This document shows positions 63,301 to 64,000 of a stretch of 64,000 nt of DNA, piece by piece; positions within the stretch are counted from its first letter, which is position 1, and each line of letters begins with the position of its first letter. Origin of the DNA: Escherichia phage UPEC01; sequence record MW233709; one strand, 5' to 3'. The translations under genes were made by a program, and so were the position numbers. The notes under the pieces were generated by a model. The model was not told where the DNA came from. It searched no databases and saw only the letters and a list, made by a program, of their open reading frames with translations.

Positions 63301-63633
63301 ATGAACATCAAAACTTACAACGAGTTTTTAGCCGAATCCGCCATCAATGAGACCAAATCAATTGATGATAGTGAAGGCTCTCTGAAATTTGGTTTATCCA
63401 AAAATGCAGATGGTGTTTTCTTTCAGATTGGTAATGAACGTTTTCAAACGTCCAAATATTCCAAAGCTGCAGTTGAAGCTGTCCTGAAATCTGGTGGCAA
63501 GTGGAAAGGCAAAGAAGGTACTAAAGAAATTGGTATCGCTGTTGACGGCGGTATGGCTTATTTTAAAATTGGCGATGAACAATTTATTATGTCTGCTCGC
63601 GGACGTAAAGAACTGGCAAAACTTTATAAATAA
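63301..63633 (+). CDS. internal-protein-like head-packaged protein with capsid targeting sequence
   Basis: 110 aa; N-terminus MNIKTYNEFLAE matches T4 internal-protein CTS consensus MKTYQEFIAE (recalled) with predicted gp21 cut after LAE; at the ipI position. Confidence 0.6.
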   Translation: MNIKTYNEFLAESAINETKSIDDSEGSLKFGLSKNADGVFFQIGNERFQTSKYSKAAVEAVLKSGGKWKGKEGTKEIGIAVDGGMAYFKIGDEQFIMSARGRKELAKLYK

Positions 63634-63641
63634 GGTTTCTT

Positions 63642-63914
63642 ATGAAAACTTTCAATGAATTTTTCAACGAGTCACAACTGAATGAAGAAGTAAAAATTAG
63701 TAAAGCAGTCAAATCTATGATTGACAATATCAATCACCTGTATAGCATTGACTTGACTGACCATATAACAATTGGTAACAAACGCAACTTTTTCGCGTTT
63801 GACATTTCAGAACTTGACCAGAACCAAATTAATAACATTGAGCGTTTTGCCAATGACAAGGGTCTCCGTCATGAGACAGCTGGTTATAAAAAATATGCAA
63901 TTTATCTAAAATAG
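63642..63914 (+). CDS. internal-protein-like head-packaged protein with capsid targeting sequence
   Basis: 90 aa; N-terminus MKTFNEFFNE; tandem paralog-type arrangement. Confidence 0.6.
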   Translation: MKTFNEFFNESQLNEEVKISKAVKSMIDNINHLYSIDLTDHITIGNKRNFFAFDISELDQNQINNIERFANDKGLRHETAGYKKYAIYLK

Positions 63915-63922
63915 GATTTCAA

Positions 63923-64000
63923 ATGCAAACTTTTCATGAATTTTTGGTAGAAAACAATTACCTGGCAGAAGCAAAAACCTGGCCTCTGGGTCTTCAGAAG
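63923..64000 (+). CDS. internal-protein-like protein, N-terminal fragment (3' end outside window)
   Basis: ATG 63923; N-terminus MQTFHEFLVEN; runs off window end. Confidence 0.5.
   Translation, partial: MQTFHEFLVENNYLAEAKTWPLGLQK

Overview
This 64-kb window is a segment of a T4-like (T-even type) myovirus genome, collinear with the T4 map as I recall it. The + strand carries early/middle genes: spanins, pseT (pnk), a cd.x-like cluster, cd, 31, rIII, a 30.x-like cluster, DNA ligase 30, alt, then 26/25/uvsY, inh/hoc/rnlB, and 4/2/3/1/57A/57B followed by internal-protein-like genes. The - strand carries the late structural genes: baseplate hub 54/48/29/28/27/51, then a continuous block of genes 24 (two copies), 23, 22, 21, 68, 67, 20, 19, 18, 17, 16, 15, 14, 13, wac, 12, 11, 10, 9, 8, 7, 6, 5.4, 5.1-like, 5 and 53. 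Gene calls rest on reading the supplied translations for motifs and on recalled T4 protein sequences and gene order; no database search was run. I found no tRNA, rRNA or CRISPR array. Many T4-style late promoters (TATAAATA), sigma70-like early promoters (GT[T/G]TAC -35), middle-type promoters (MotA-box-like plus TATAAT) and GC-hairpin intrinsic terminators are visible. The observations most worth follow-up are: (1) an HNH homing-endonuclease gene inserted between uvsW and uvsW.1, flanked by a perfect 19-bp direct repeat; (2) three tandem small genes after 57B whose products begin with a T4 internal-protein capsid-targeting sequence, i.e. candidate injected anti-defence proteins; (3) two diverged tandem copies of vertex gene 24; (4) a five-copy promoter cassette TATAATGG-TTCTAGACC, two copies orphaned antisense to late genes; (5) an early-gene module inserted antisense between capsid genes 24 and 23; (6) a NADAR/YbiA-like ORF in the 30.x-like cluster; (7) a roughly 400-bp ORF-free structured region downstream of rIII.
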